A stretch of 64,000 nt of DNA, taken from the NCBI RefSeq assembly GCF_006345805.1, contig NC_043007.1:61876001-61940000 (forward strand). The letters are read 5' to 3'. Of the stretch, positions 1-11,989 are shown one piece after another. The notes beneath the pieces are model-generated. The model was not told where the DNA came from. It saw only the letters and a list, made by a program, of their open reading frames with translations, and searched no databases. The DNA is from Octopus sinensis. Taxonomy: Eukaryota. The translations under genes and the position numbers were made by a program. Position 1 is the stretch's first letter, and every line of letters begins with the position of its first letter.

Positions 1-1080
1 TGTATTCAAGTATTAAGTCCTTAAATAACAGGTTGGCATTCACTCCTGACAGGGATGGGATATACTAGAAATTACAATGTTCGTGATTTTCCCAAGCTTT
101 TAGAAAAAGGAAAACGACTGCAATCTAGAACTGAAAGTGCATCGCAGTCTTTCATTGCTGAAAAATGTCTAATTACCTTTGGCGCTGTCATCAAATAATT
201 TGCAAGTCTACAAACACGGACCAGAATCCAACACAAACATAAATTACTTATGGCTCCAACAATTTTTTTACAAGCTGTGTTTATATAAGATGCTTAAATA
301 GTTTGTTATTTGCATTATATCATTTGTCAATAGTCACTCTCTCTTTCTCTATTGATATTTGTCGTAGAACTGACATGTAAAGGTCCTACTGTCTACTTAA
401 TTCGTTACTCACTTCGGTTTTCTCGATTTCATTCAGCTGCTATGATTGATAAGATTGACCGTTGCTAGGATACAGTGTCTGATTCGGTTAGCTATTTGTT
501 TATTCAGGAAATATTCGCTGTTTCTGTTGCTAAGGATTCCGAAGAACCGAATCGAATGTGGTTTCCGATCAATACACATTACATAAATGGGTGACGAGTG
601 GTTGCATATCTCTCAGTGGTAATTTAGAAATTTATAAAGACGCGTATCGTGGTACTAGAATTTAGCTGACGATGAGCTTAATTCGGGACTAAGTTTCCAT
701 TCCTAGTCGAAGCCTATTTATTTTACTTAAACCCATTTTAAAAACTCAAATTTTAAACGTTTCTGAGAAAAGAACCGCCTTCCCACAGTCCTATTCTCTT
801 CTACATGCCTGTAGTTGTATACCAAAGAAACCAAATCACCATCAAATCATATCTTGCTGTTTCAAAATGCAAAAGCAAAAAAGGAACGGCGATTTGGATA
901 ATGTAACCAGGGATATACAATGCCAGGAAAAAAGGCGAAGTGATTGCTACTAGGTCGCTTGATCAGACTGGAGACTAAAAAATAACAGCAAAGCGAAAAA
1001 CAATAACAATGACAACAACAATTAGCATAACGATGCTGATTATAATTAGAATTCTAGGGTTGCGCAACAATTATGATAAA

Positions 1081-1122
1081 ACACGCACACACACACTCAC
1101 ACACACACGCGCACACACACAC

Positions 1123-1186
<64 letters not shown>

Positions 1187-1196
1187 ACGCACACAC
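1081..1196. repeat. (AC)n microsatellite
   Basis: Direct reading; source of the HTHT/VCVC ORFs. Confidence 0.97.
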
Positions 1197-1574
1197 TGTG
1201 CTGCTGATGTGAATATCTCTTCGAAACTCAAAGAGAAAGAAGATAACTATGGACAACTGTTTCGAAGCCTCTAGCTTCTATTACAATTTTACACTTATGC
1301 CAATAATAATTGGAGCACTTGTTTTGTAAGTAAATGTCCAACTGTTAGTCTGGATAATCTTGGATTTTCAGAAAAAGAAATCAACCAACTGATTCACACA
1401 TTACAACTACAATCTGTAAGCGGAACAGTAAAACTATGCAAGACTTTTCTCAGGTTTAAAAGGTGACATTATTTCCGTTATATACATTCCAAAGATGGAG
1501 CTTTCTATCTTTCTTAGAAACCAGTTCCTTCTTTAAAGGAAGAATTTAAATGATTAAATACAAAGAGATACACC

Positions 1575-1793
1575 TACATACATACATACATACATACATA
1601 CACACATACATACATACATACAAATATACATACATACATACATACATACATACATACATACATACATACATACATACATGTATACACACATACATACATG
1701 CATACGTACATACATACATACATACATACATATATACATACATACATACATAAATACACACACACACACACATACATACATACATACATACAT
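1575..1793. repeat. (CATA)n microsatellite with (CA)n interruption
   Basis: Direct reading. Confidence 0.97.
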
Positions 1794-2345
1794 GGTGGCT
1801 GCCCCCTCGTTATCGAGTAAGGCCATTGCACGAAGCTTAATCAATGTTGTTATCGTGCAATGCCTGTGCAAGAAAATTTTTTTAAAGTGAGGAAAGGCTG
1901 TGCAATGAGTCAATCCCACTCACTAAGCAGCAGCAGCCATAATCCGAAAAGAAGAGCAAGTCAACATCATCGGTAACCACTGAACCGCAGGTTTTATGTC
2001 AGAGTTATCCCAGTTAACTGAGTTACCTTCTCCTAGAAGGATGCCTTAGCAAAGGCTAGGAGTCCTTCACTCCCAATGGTTTAACCGCGCGATCGGGTAT
2101 TCAGTCCGATTATTTCTATGTCCCCGCACATGATACAGCCTTAAGACATTTACTGGATGGCCGTTGACTCTCAAGAGTTCCTTCGCCCTTTGACGGGTTT
2201 TGTTTTTCATCCCTCAGGGTGTCCAATAAATACCCTCCTTACCAAGCAAGCTTGGTGGGGTTGCTGGTTTAGTCGCCGACGACCCGACCATGCAACAGGT
2301 TGTACTGGGTTACATGTTACCAGTAGCACTCGAAAAAGACCTGAC
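1794..2345 (-). mobile_element. ~550-bp non-coding interspersed element embedded in (CATA)n; possibly derived from an RTE-type 5' leader
   Basis: Complex, GC-richer sequence with (CATA)n on both sides. The minus strand has CTAGGAGAAGGTAACTC, which resembles a motif I associate with RTE-clade 5' UTRs. No coding motif found; family and strand are tentative. Confidence 0.4.
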
Positions 2346-2479
2346 ATATATATATACATACATACGTACATACCCAATTCAACCATTGAAGTCACCTTTT
2401 CTTTATATCATTCAGGGAAGAATAAAAGTTGTGATATTTTACCTCCCATATCTACACTGCTTATGTCTCGAGAAACTAG

Positions 2480-2640
2480 ACTCTTCAGACAGAATAAGCG
2501 GAGCAATAAAGATATGCAAGACGTAACATGTAATACACACGATTTTTCTTCTTCAAGCTTCAGTGGTGTGACACTTTACTTCTTTATCAGAAACTAGCTC
2601 TTTTTAAATAAGAACATTTCGAGTAATAAAAAAAAGAAAC
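2480..2640 (+). mobile_element. Degenerate 3' end of the (CATA)n-associated RLE LINE lineage
   Basis: Translates RISGAIKICKT (compare SISGIVKICKTF at ~38480 and SVSGAVKVCKIF at ~47950). Shares AGAAACTAGCTC with the 3' UTR of the 47825-48516 copy. Confidence 0.4.
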
Positions 2641-2648
2641 ATGCTCGC

Positions 2649-2651
<3 letters not shown>

Positions 2652-2713
<62 letters not shown>

Positions 2714-2719
2714 CTCTCT

Positions 2720-2787
<68 letters not shown>

Positions 2788-2948
2788 GCACACACACACA
2801 CACTATAAACACACAGGCATATACTCAAACTTAAATATACGCACACAGATATGTGTGTGTATTTGTGTGTGCGCGCACACACACGCACATATATCCGTGT
2901 GTGTATATTTAAGTTTGAGTATATGTCTGTGTGTTTATAGTGTGTATG

Positions 2949-2996
<48 letters not shown>

Positions 2997-2997
2997 A

Positions 2998-3046
<49 letters not shown>

Positions 3047-3052
3047 TATATA
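2652..3052. repeat. Compound (CT)n / (TA)n / (CA,GT) microsatellite tract
   Basis: Direct reading. Confidence 0.9.
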
Positions 3053-3269
3053 CGAGGGGGTGTTGAAAAATTCCTGGCTTTAAGAATATTGGGAAAGGCT
3101 TCTTTCTAGGCCCAACTGTTCGAGTTCTTTTACAGGGCTTAGAAAAAGTAAAGGGCCGCTGCACTAAGTGCGTAAAACTGAGAGAGGAATATATTAAATA
3201 AAATCATAATTAACTGATCCTCCTGTATTTTCTTTCACCCAAAGCCAGGAACTTTCCAGTACCCTCTCG
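3053..3269 (+). mobile_element. Mariner-derived MITE
   Basis: TA on both sides. Imperfect 29-bp TIRs: CGAGGGGGTGTTGAAAAATTCCTGGCTTT versus rc CGAGAGGGTACTGGAAAGTTCCTGGCTTT. The internal remnant KGRCTKCVKLREEYIK* resembles the mariner transposase C-terminus (W.KC....G.Y.E). Confidence 0.8.
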
Positions 3270-3654
3270 TATATGTATGTGTGTGTGTGTGTGTGTGTGT
3301 GTTGTGTGTGTGTGTGTGTGTGTGTGTAAACTATACACACACAGACGTATAGTTATATACACGCACACAGATATGTATGTGTATGAGTTTTCAGAAAATG
3401 CAATGAATTTAGGGAGGCGATATATGTAACGGCCCACCTTGAAATTGTTGCTTATAAAATGAAGAGGAGTCAGTACAGTCTGGTCTGATAAGTCAGTCAC
3501 TTAATTAGAATTTGCTTACAAGACTGAGAGTGTGCAGTGAGCTTGCAGTAACGACAAGCCAATTTTAGTCATACACTTTCTTTTATTTTCTCCTCTCCTT
3601 GTTGATGGAAGAGTTTTGATAAATGATGTTTTTTCTTCTTGCGTTCGTATGCTA

Positions 3655-3657
3655 CGT

Positions 3658-3691
<34 letters not shown>

Positions 3692-3719
3692 CGGCAGCAG
3701 CTGCAGCAGCAGCATCAGC

Positions 3720-3773
<54 letters not shown>

Positions 3774-3912
3774 TGCAGCAGCAGCAGCAATAGCAGCAGC
3801 AGTAGCAGCAGTAGTAGTAGTAGTAGTAGTTATTGCAAGAAGTCTAATTATTACTCTTCCGCTTTCGCTTCTTTTCCTTCTTTTAATAGAATCATTAGAG
3901 CTTCGGACAAAA

Positions 3913-3960
<48 letters not shown>

Positions 3961-3963
3961 TAC

Positions 3964-4012
<49 letters not shown>
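3655..4012. repeat. (GTA)n/(GCA)n tract followed by (TAT)n (3912-4012), which is the (TAA)n tail/target of the adjacent LINE
   Basis: Direct reading. Confidence 0.95.
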
Positions 4013-4015
<3 letters not shown>

Positions 4016-6468
4016 TAGTCTTAGTGTTATAACGTGCTTTCACTGCACTACCGAGCGCAGCTCTGTGTATCTTTGGTATGTGCTGTGGTTTGCTGTGATG
4101 CTCTTATGGTTACTGTATTGAAAGTGTTTAACGTAGGATGTGTGCAGTGCCTAGTAGTGCTATTTTCTATATGTTATATATATTTATTATTCCTGGTGTT
4201 TTTGTTATGTACTTGTCTGGATATTTTTTATCATACCTAACGCCACCCACTATGATAGGAATTGTTTCTGTTTTTAGACATTCGAGTTACCTCTATTTCC
4301 AGGTCTTTGTATTTTGAAAGTTTCTCCATTTCTCTTACAGAAACGTTGTCATCTGTTGGTGTTGATACATCAGTTAGAAATCACTTTTTTCTTCATGATC
4401 TTTGACAACTATATCTGGCCTATTGGCCTTAATTTCTCTATCTGTGAGTATTGGCATATCCCATTTTATTGTTGCTTTCTCATTTTCTGTGACCTTTTCT
4501 GGCATGTGCCTATACCATGTTTTTTCTGTTATTATTTCATAGTGTTGGCATAGCTTCCAGTGTATGTAGGTCCCAACTCTGTCGTGTCTGTGAATATATT
4601 CTTTCTTAGCCATGACTGGGCAGTCAGAGACAATATGATTTATTGTCCTGAGCTTCTCAGCCATTGCTGGGATTTTGCTTTGTCTATTTCTTTTGCGTTT
4701 AGTTTAGCCCAGTATTTGCCATGAAGGGGCTTTTCTTGCCATCGCTTTATCATGATCCGTTGTTGTTATAGTTTTAGTTTGGATTTCATTTGTTTTACAG
4801 CGTTTGTTGTTTCTCCTTTTTTTTTCTTCATAGTTGTTAGGTAGTATGACTTCTTTTTTGTATTTTTCAGCTTCCTTAAAGACTGAAAACGTTTTTGTAT
4901 TAGTTTTCCTTGCTTCTGAAGTAGGTATTTTTGTAGTCCTATGGTGGTTATTTTGTAATAGTTTTCTGGATGTATAAGGCCTCTACCACCTTCTATTACG
5001 TTGTATATATAACCTTTCTATGTCAGATTTTGGGTGGTGCATCCTAAATCCTGTCATTATTTTTCTTGTTTTCCTATCTATTTTTATTAGTTCATTTTTT
5101 GTCCAGTAAAGGATATTGTAGCTGTAACTTATAACTGGGACGGCTAAAGTGTTGATAGCTATTATCTTGTCTTTCGCATTGAGCTCTGTTTTCAGTATTA
5201 ATCTAACTCGTCCATAGTATTCTTTTTCTTATTTTCTCTTTCATTTGTGTTTGTTTTATCGTATCTAGTTCATTGATTCCTATCATTGATGTATGTCTGG
5301 CGTTGGTCTAATTCTTTTATTTCATTTGCTTTATCTAGTGTGATGTTGCTACTCTTAACTAGTTTTCCTCTTTTCAAGGTTGCTTTGGCACACTTTTCTA
5401 AGCCAGACAGATTTCATATTTATTCCTTTGGTAAATCTATTTACTGTCTGTAGCAATGTTTCCAGTTGTTTATCATTTGTAGTGTACAGTTTTAGGTGAT
5501 CCATATATAAGAGGTGGCTGATTGTTTTGCCGTAAAAGTTGTATCCGCATCCAGTTCTTTTTAGCATGTCAGATAAACGCGTCAGTACCAAGCAGAAAAG
5601 GAGTGGAGAGAGCGAGTCTCCCTGGAATATTCCTCTTTTAATGGGGATGGCTTGGGTTTTTATGAGTCCTTCTTTTGTTTGGAGTTGTAGCACTGTCTGC
5701 AATTTAATCATAGAGTGTTTTATATATTTTATGATTATTGGTGCTACCTTGTTCATGGTTAGTGTTTCTAGGGTCCATGTGTGGTGAATACTATCAAAAG
5801 CCTTTTGGTAATCGGTCCACACCATACTTAGATCCTTCTTCTTTCTGCGACTGTCTTCAGTTATGGCTTTATTGATCATTAGTTGATCTTTACAGCCGTA
5901 TGAGCCCTTGCACCATCACTTCTGCTCTTCTGGAAACAGGTTTTCTTCTAGATGCTTGCTCATTCACTGCGATATTATTGCAGTAAAGGCTATGTAAATT
6001 GTAGGGAGACAGGTTATTGGTCAGTAATTTTGTGGGTTTGCCGTTTCAGTGGATTTGGGAATTGGGATAGTTTTCCCTTCCGTGAGTCATTCAGGAATTG
6101 TCTCTGGCTCTGCTAGTATTTCATTAAATTTCTCAACCAGCTTTTTGCGTGTTCCTGTCAGATATTTTAACTACAAGTTGGGGATCTTATCGTGCCTGGG
6201 TGCCTTCCAGTTGCTTAGTGTTTGCAGTACCTGGGTGACCTCTTCAGTTGTTATAGGGGTCCAGAGTTGTTCAGCTGCTGAGTTCGTTCTTTTGATAGAC
6301 CTTTTCTGAGGTTGTTCCTTCGTCAACCATATTTCTTTCTAAAATTCTTCCACTTCTTATGCTGTTGGTGCTGCATTGATGTCTATTTTATTTTGGCCAA
6401 GTTCTTGGTAGAATCTTTTGGGGTTGGAGTAGAACTGTTTGTTTTGTTCAAAGAAACGTTGACGTTTC
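4013..6468 (-). mobile_element. RLE-type non-LTR retrotransposon (R4/Dong-like), 5'-truncated, frameshifted (copy A)
   Basis: RT motifs WTDYQKAFDSIHHTW, GIFQGDSLSPLLFCL, SHLLYMDHLKLY. C-terminal NHIVSDCPVMAKKEYIHRHDRV and WDMPILTDREIKANRPDIVV (PD-D/ExK endonuclease). Upstream EQNKQFYSNPKRFYQEL. The 3' end joins (TAA)n. Lacks 127 bp present in copy E (26048-26174). Confidence 0.92.
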
Positions 6469-6619
6469 TCTTCTTCTTCTTCTTCTTCTTCTTCTTCTTC
6501 TTCTTCTTCTTCTTCTTCTTTTTTTTTCTTCTTCTTCTTCTTCTTCTTCTTCTTCTCCTCCCCTCCTCCCCTCCTCTTCTTTTTCTTCTTCTTCTTCATA
6601 TTATTATTATTATTATTAT

Positions 6620-6669
<50 letters not shown>

Positions 6670-6670
6670 T
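6468..6670. repeat. (TTC)n then (TAT)n then (TAC)n compound microsatellite between two LINEs
   Basis: Direct reading. Confidence 0.95.
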
Positions 6671-7525
6671 TTTCTCTTTATCACAGATTTTGTTGGAGCT
6701 CCTGGAGTCTTGCATGCGTAGCGGGCTTACTACCTGCAGCCTACGGTACCATGCTATTCGTTCTTTTCAACTAATACTTTCCTGGTTATTCTGGCCATGC
6801 TAAGGAGGCACACTTTTTGTAACAGTTCTGCTGGGCACTCTATACCAATTTCCTTTATATTTCTCTTGATGCCATCTGATACTGTTCCCAAGGACCCAAC
6901 AATAATTGGCACTACCTTTAGCTTCTTCATTTTCCATAGCGGAGCTATTTCGTACTTAAGAGTGTTGTATCTGTCTATCTTTTCGCCTTTCTTCTTGACT
7001 ATTCGTGCATCAAAGTGGCACGCAACATCAACTATATAGCATATGTGGTGCACTTTGTCTACCTTCACTAGGTCCGGTCTGTTATGCTCTAGCACCTGAT
7101 CTGTTTGGATTGGGAAATCCCAGAGGATTTTGTTACTCAGTAGAGTACTCTCACTCTCTTTTTTTAGGGTTCCTTTCATCAGCCAATCCCACCTATTTTT
7201 TCCAGCAACTTCTGTGGCTACATGGAATTGATTGTGTAGTCCCTTCTTACGTAATTCTTCGTCATGTCCTTTTTGTACTTCTTCCTTTGTTTTCTCTTTT
7301 TCTCTGCTCTCAATACTCCCTCGTTCCTAACTGTCACTAGCAAGGTTTCCTTACTTTGACCTTGGTATTTCATCAATCTATCGTGTTCGATACGCACGCA
7401 TTCTTCCACACTTATCAGCCCCCTTTCTCCATTTGCTCTCTTCACGTATAGGCGATCAGTGTCTGCACGTGGATGATGGGCTCCATGCATCGTTAGGAGC
7501 TTTCTTGACTTACTGTCCATCTCCT
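6671..7525 (-). mobile_element. RLE-type LINE 3' fragment, distinct R4/Dong-like subfamily (copy B)
   Basis: KSRKLLTMHGAHHPRADTDRLYVKRANGERGLISVEE; KILWDFPIQTDQVLEHNRPDLV...IVDVAC; VVPIIVGSLGTV...LLQKVCLLSMARITRKVL. (TAA)n at the 5' side, (TAG)n/(TAA)n at the 3' side. Confidence 0.9.
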
Positions 7526-7529
7526 GTCC

Positions 7530-7549
7530 ATTATTATTACTATTATCAC

Positions 7550-7592
<43 letters not shown>

Positions 7593-7605
7593 GTTGTTGT
7601 TGTAG

Positions 7606-7665
<60 letters not shown>

Positions 7666-7694
7666 CTGTTGATATTATTATGATTATTATTATT
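7530..7694. repeat. (TAT)n/(TGT)n microsatellite
   Basis: Direct reading. Confidence 0.95.
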
Positions 7695-7929
7695 AAGGCG
7701 GCGAGCTGGCAGAAACGTTAGCACGCCGGGCGAAATGCTTAGCGGTATTTCGTCTGCCGTTACGTTCTGAGTTCAAATTCAGCCGAGGTCGACTTTGCCT
7801 TTCATCCTTTCGGAGTCGATAAATTAAGTACCAGTTACGCACTGGGGTCGATATAATCGACTTAATCCATTTGGCTGTCCTTGTTTGTCTCCTCTGTGTT
7901 TAACCCCTTGTGGGTAGTAAAGAAATAGG
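7695..7929 (+). mobile_element. Dominant SINE family, full length, tail type T (ends CCCCTTGTGGGTAGTAAAGAAA)
   Basis: Head GGCGGCGAGCTGGCAGAAACGTTAGC, B-box-like GAGTTCAAATTC, core GTCGACTTTGCCTTTCATCCTTTCGG...AAGTACCAGTT repeated about 20 times in the window. Origin from a tRNA is likely but not proven. Confidence 0.9.
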
Positions 7930-8098
7930 TATTTCGTCTATCTTTACGTTTTCATTTCAAATTCCGCCGATGTCGACTTTGCCTTTAAATCCTTTCGGGG
8001 TCGATAAGTTAAGTACCAATTGCGTACTTCGGTCGATCTAATCGACTGACTCCCTCCCCCCAAATTTCAGGTCTTGTGCCTATAGTAGAAAGGATTAT
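7930..8098 (+). mobile_element. Dominant SINE, 5'-truncated, tail type A (CCAAATTTCAGG.CTTGTGCCTATAGTAGAAAGGATT), head-to-tail with the previous copy
   Basis: Shares the core; different tail. Confidence 0.85.
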
Positions 8099-8099
8099 T

Positions 8100-11000
8100 A
8101 TCACATCTAACATACCCAGCATGTTACAAGAGATGCTATTAATGTACCAGTTGAGGTGGTAATTTCTTGCATTCCTAAGTAATACTGCTTTCAGGATATG
8201 TTCTTTTTCCATTTTTATTCTGTTTATTATACCTATGGCATCAACAATTACAGGCACAGTATATGCTTTTTCAGTCACTACAACCTTTTGATTTCTTTCC
8301 TCAGAGTTTCATATCATGTCAGTTTTTTTTCCTTTTTGAACGATTCTACTGTCCCAAAGAAAAGCGATATCTATGATCAGACACGATTTTTCTTCCTTGT
8401 CTAGTAGTACAATAACGGGTTTCCAGTGTTTGATTCCATGATCACACTGGATCATGAAGTCCCAAAAGATTTTTGCTCTATCATTTTCTACCATACCTTT
8501 GTCTCATGTCCATACCCCTTTTTCTCTCTTCCCAATCCAAACTTATTACATTGTCCCCAGTGAACCACTTTGGTGACCTTGTGACTTCTCTTGTTTTCCC
8601 TATGGGCTAATTTGCTGCATTCACTTAAAATATACCACACTATCTCTCTAGTTTCACTACACATTCTACATTTGTCAGATTCTGCTCATTGGTCAATTCT
8701 GTGCTTGTTCCTGTGCTGCACATGACTCCTCTGTTCAGATTTCAGGTCACTTTTTTGTAGCCACAACCACCTTTTATTTAGATCTGTGTCCCTTGGTAAC
8801 TCTCTCAAGAACTGACCGTGCATCTTATCCTTCCAGTTGTTTTCCCTCTTCGTTTATGTCGTTATTTTGTAATTCATTTTGACCTAATGCTTTCCGTGTG
8901 TAATAAATCTGCCTTCCTTCTTTATATACAAAGCAGTATTGTTCTCCTCTGTCTGAATACAATCCTCGCAACTTACCAATCTCCCATCCCTTTTTTCTCA
9001 TAAGGTGTAGTCTGTCAACGCCACTTTGTACGTGGAATGCACCGTGAATTGTCAGTAGTTTCCTTGTTTTCTTATTGAAGGATTTCAGTTCCTCTGTTCG
9101 CCATCGTCTACTCCTTGTCTTAAGAGAGATACTTATTGCTTGGAACTTATTCCTCCCAATCAGTTTAGTCTTCAAAATAAACATCACCCTTCTTTAATAC
9201 TACCGAGAGAAAATATTCTTCATTTAGCTTTCCATCAATTCACTTATTTCCAATATGCTCAAATACCTGTATCTTTTCTTGTCTATTTATCTTCATTACT
9301 TCTCCCGTGAACAATTTCCCACCATCCTCTTTTGTAAAACCAATGCTTCACACTTTTTCAATAGAAATTCCATTCTAATGTCCGCGCTGAAGGAATGCAC
9401 TGCGTGAATTAGTAAATTCAGCTGGTTTTCATCTTTACCATAAAGCATCAAACCGTCCATATAAAGGAAGCGACTGATCATATCTTTTCTTCTCTTGAAC
9501 TCAAAACTTTCGTGTTTCTCACAATCAAAGCCAGCAGTATCATACGCAATACAAAGAGCATTTCTAACAAGCTATCACCTTGGAAGATTCCACGTCAGAT
9601 GTTGACAAATCCTAAATTAATTCATTGGTCTATCCCTCCATAGTTCGGCTCAGTAGATTCACGATATTGTATACAATTCCAAATATTTTCAAGCAATCTA
9701 TAATCCACGAATGAGGAACCATATCGTATGCTTTCCGGTAGTCTATCCACGTCATCCCTAAATTGGTTTTGCGCTTTTTGAAGTCTTTCAATACTATCTA
9801 ATCTATCAAGAATTCTTCTATGGGTCCCCTGCATTCACTTTTGTCCCCTTTTTGCAATTCCATTAAGATGTTATTCTGGCCCTTGGACGCACAATGTATC
9901 TGCCAGTATTTCGCTTAACACCTTCTACATGATGAGTATACAGGATATTGCCTGAAGTTGTCAACAGCATCCCCACCACTACTTCTTTCTGACGCAATAC
10001 TGTTCTGGTCAACCAACCTGGGATTTCTGTGTGATCATCATCAAGTAATGTACTAAATTGTTTCATTATTCTTTCATGGCATTCTGTAAATTTCTTCACC
10101 CAATAACCTTGAATTCCGTCAAAGCCTACCACTTTCCGGTTGCTTATCTTTCAACTTACCCGTTAAACATCCTCTTTGCTTATCTTAATTTCATCTTGCT
10201 AAGGATTTACATTGTTTTTTCCTGTTGCGTAGCCACACTGCATTAGGATTGTATGTTCCTGCTTTCCCCATATCTTTAGCCTTCTTTCACGTTTGTCTTA
10301 CCCGTGTTTTTGTCTATTTCTCCATTTGCCTGCTAATAAAATCTTTTTCAGTCAACTTTGAAAAGTCTGTTTTATCTGTACTGTTAGATTCTTCTGAGTT
10401 CAAATTCTGATGACGTTAACTTTGCCTTTCATCCTTTCGGGCTTGATAAAATAAGTACCAGTTGAGCACTGGGGTAGATTTACTCGATTTAGCCCCTCCC
10501 CTAAATTGCTGGCCTTGTGCCAATATTTGAAACCAGTGTTACGTTCTTCTGCATTGTCTTCGTCTTCGTATATTCTTCTCTGGATTATTTTCCGTTCTAA
10601 ATCTGTTAACCGGCCTTTCCTTCTTTCCATTCTGCGCTGGTCGCATGATCGTTGCTCTGTTGTTTCAAATATTCCTCATTGCTGTCATTCTCGGTACATC
10701 ATTTTTCTATATCCTCTTATTGGCACTCCAGTTTCATCTAAAGTTTTGCTATATAATAGCATTCCATAACAATTGCATTTATTTCTTTGTTCTCTTTTTC
10801 TTCAATTTTTGAATGCCAGCAGTCACAGCCCATTCTGCTGCTCAATAGGACACCGTCACCATTGGTTCCAATTCCATTTGCACCATTATCTATTATATTG
10901 CTTTCCGACATTTCACTCACACATGTTGTTTAGGTATTGTATTTTAACGACACCGTCGCTAGATGGATTACCAACCAAGATTCAGAGAGGCTCTACCCAC

Positions 11001-11100
11001 TCCTTTACGGGGAAGTTAAATTGCACCAGATCTCACACTAGTGTTTCTGCTTCTGTGCTTCATTTGATTTACAGAGTTGTCCTACTAAGTTTCCTACTGT
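8100..11100 (-). mobile_element. Degenerate, internally deleted, near full-span RLE-type LINE (R4/Dong-like, copy D) including N-terminus and probable 5' leader
   Basis: Motifs in the expected order: NAIVMECYY (N-terminal), GRLTDLERKII, GFDGIQGYWVKKF, WIDYRKAYDMVPHSWI (~9710-9755), RFLYMDGLMLY, KTRKLLTIHGAFH, AKIFWDFMIQCD...KPVIVLLD, LKAVLLRNAR. Confidence 0.85.
10394..10543 (+). mobile_element. Dominant SINE, 5'-truncated, tail type B (AAATTGCTGGCCTTGTGCCAATATTTGAAACC), nested antisense in LINE D
   Basis: Core and tail match other copies; interrupts the LINE frame. Confidence 0.82.
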
Positions 11101-11989
11101 CCACTGCTCACGAGCACAACCTACCCTAATATATTTTTTTAAGTTTACACCGCTAGAACTGTGTTATTATTGATGAATCTCATATTGAATAGGCATCCTT
11201 TTTTTCTCACTTCGAGATATGAGCACTTCAAGGCCTTACTAAAAGGCCTAAGTAACTGCACGTAACACCTTTTGCATTGTTCCCTTTCTGGCAGAACATG
11301 AAATTTATGCCTCCTACGATCGGCTCAGACCATGTGACGTGGCTGATTATTTTCAGAAAGGCTTAAATTTAGTACTAAGTACGATTTTTCCGAAACCTTG
11401 ATATTAAGACAGTGACCCTGGACAGGAACAGCTGGGAAGGGGACGATGATACTTTCTCATTATGAGCCGAATACGTCCCAAAACGAGTTGAACAGCTGGA
11501 TGTTTTTAGAGATTCCAATAGCATTTTGGATGCACGCAATGATTATAAGACTGTCAATAGGAAAAGACAGTATTAAAGCCTCGCAAATCTGCTTTTCCCA
11601 ATGCATCGATGGGATTATGAATCAATCGCAGCAGTCATTCAGGTATTATTTAAAACTTTCGTTCGCCGGTATGACAGTGCAAATTGTCCATAGTTTCGAG
11701 CAGCTGGCTACATGGCTACATGGCTAAGTTCGCGATCAGTGCAACGAACTTACAGCAGACCAGTAAACAGATTTCAGGGACCAGATTAAGGAACCAGTTA
11801 AGCGAAACTGACGCAGCTCATCATCAAAGGTAATAGGTTTCATCTAAGAAAAAGTCAGAAAATAATTTGTTACCTTTAGCAAAGAAGAAGCGATAGAGAA
11901 CGACAGAATAGAGAATGAAGTAGTAAAACGTTTAATAGAAGAAAAATCATAAATGACATGTTGACTGTGAGAATCGCCCGGGACCATGC

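Noticed and set aside
666-713. CTGACGA...GACTAAG/CTAGTC...GAAGC hammerhead-like string
   Set aside because: About 14 extra nt between the core and the stem, GAAG instead of GAAA, and no stem I/III pairing.
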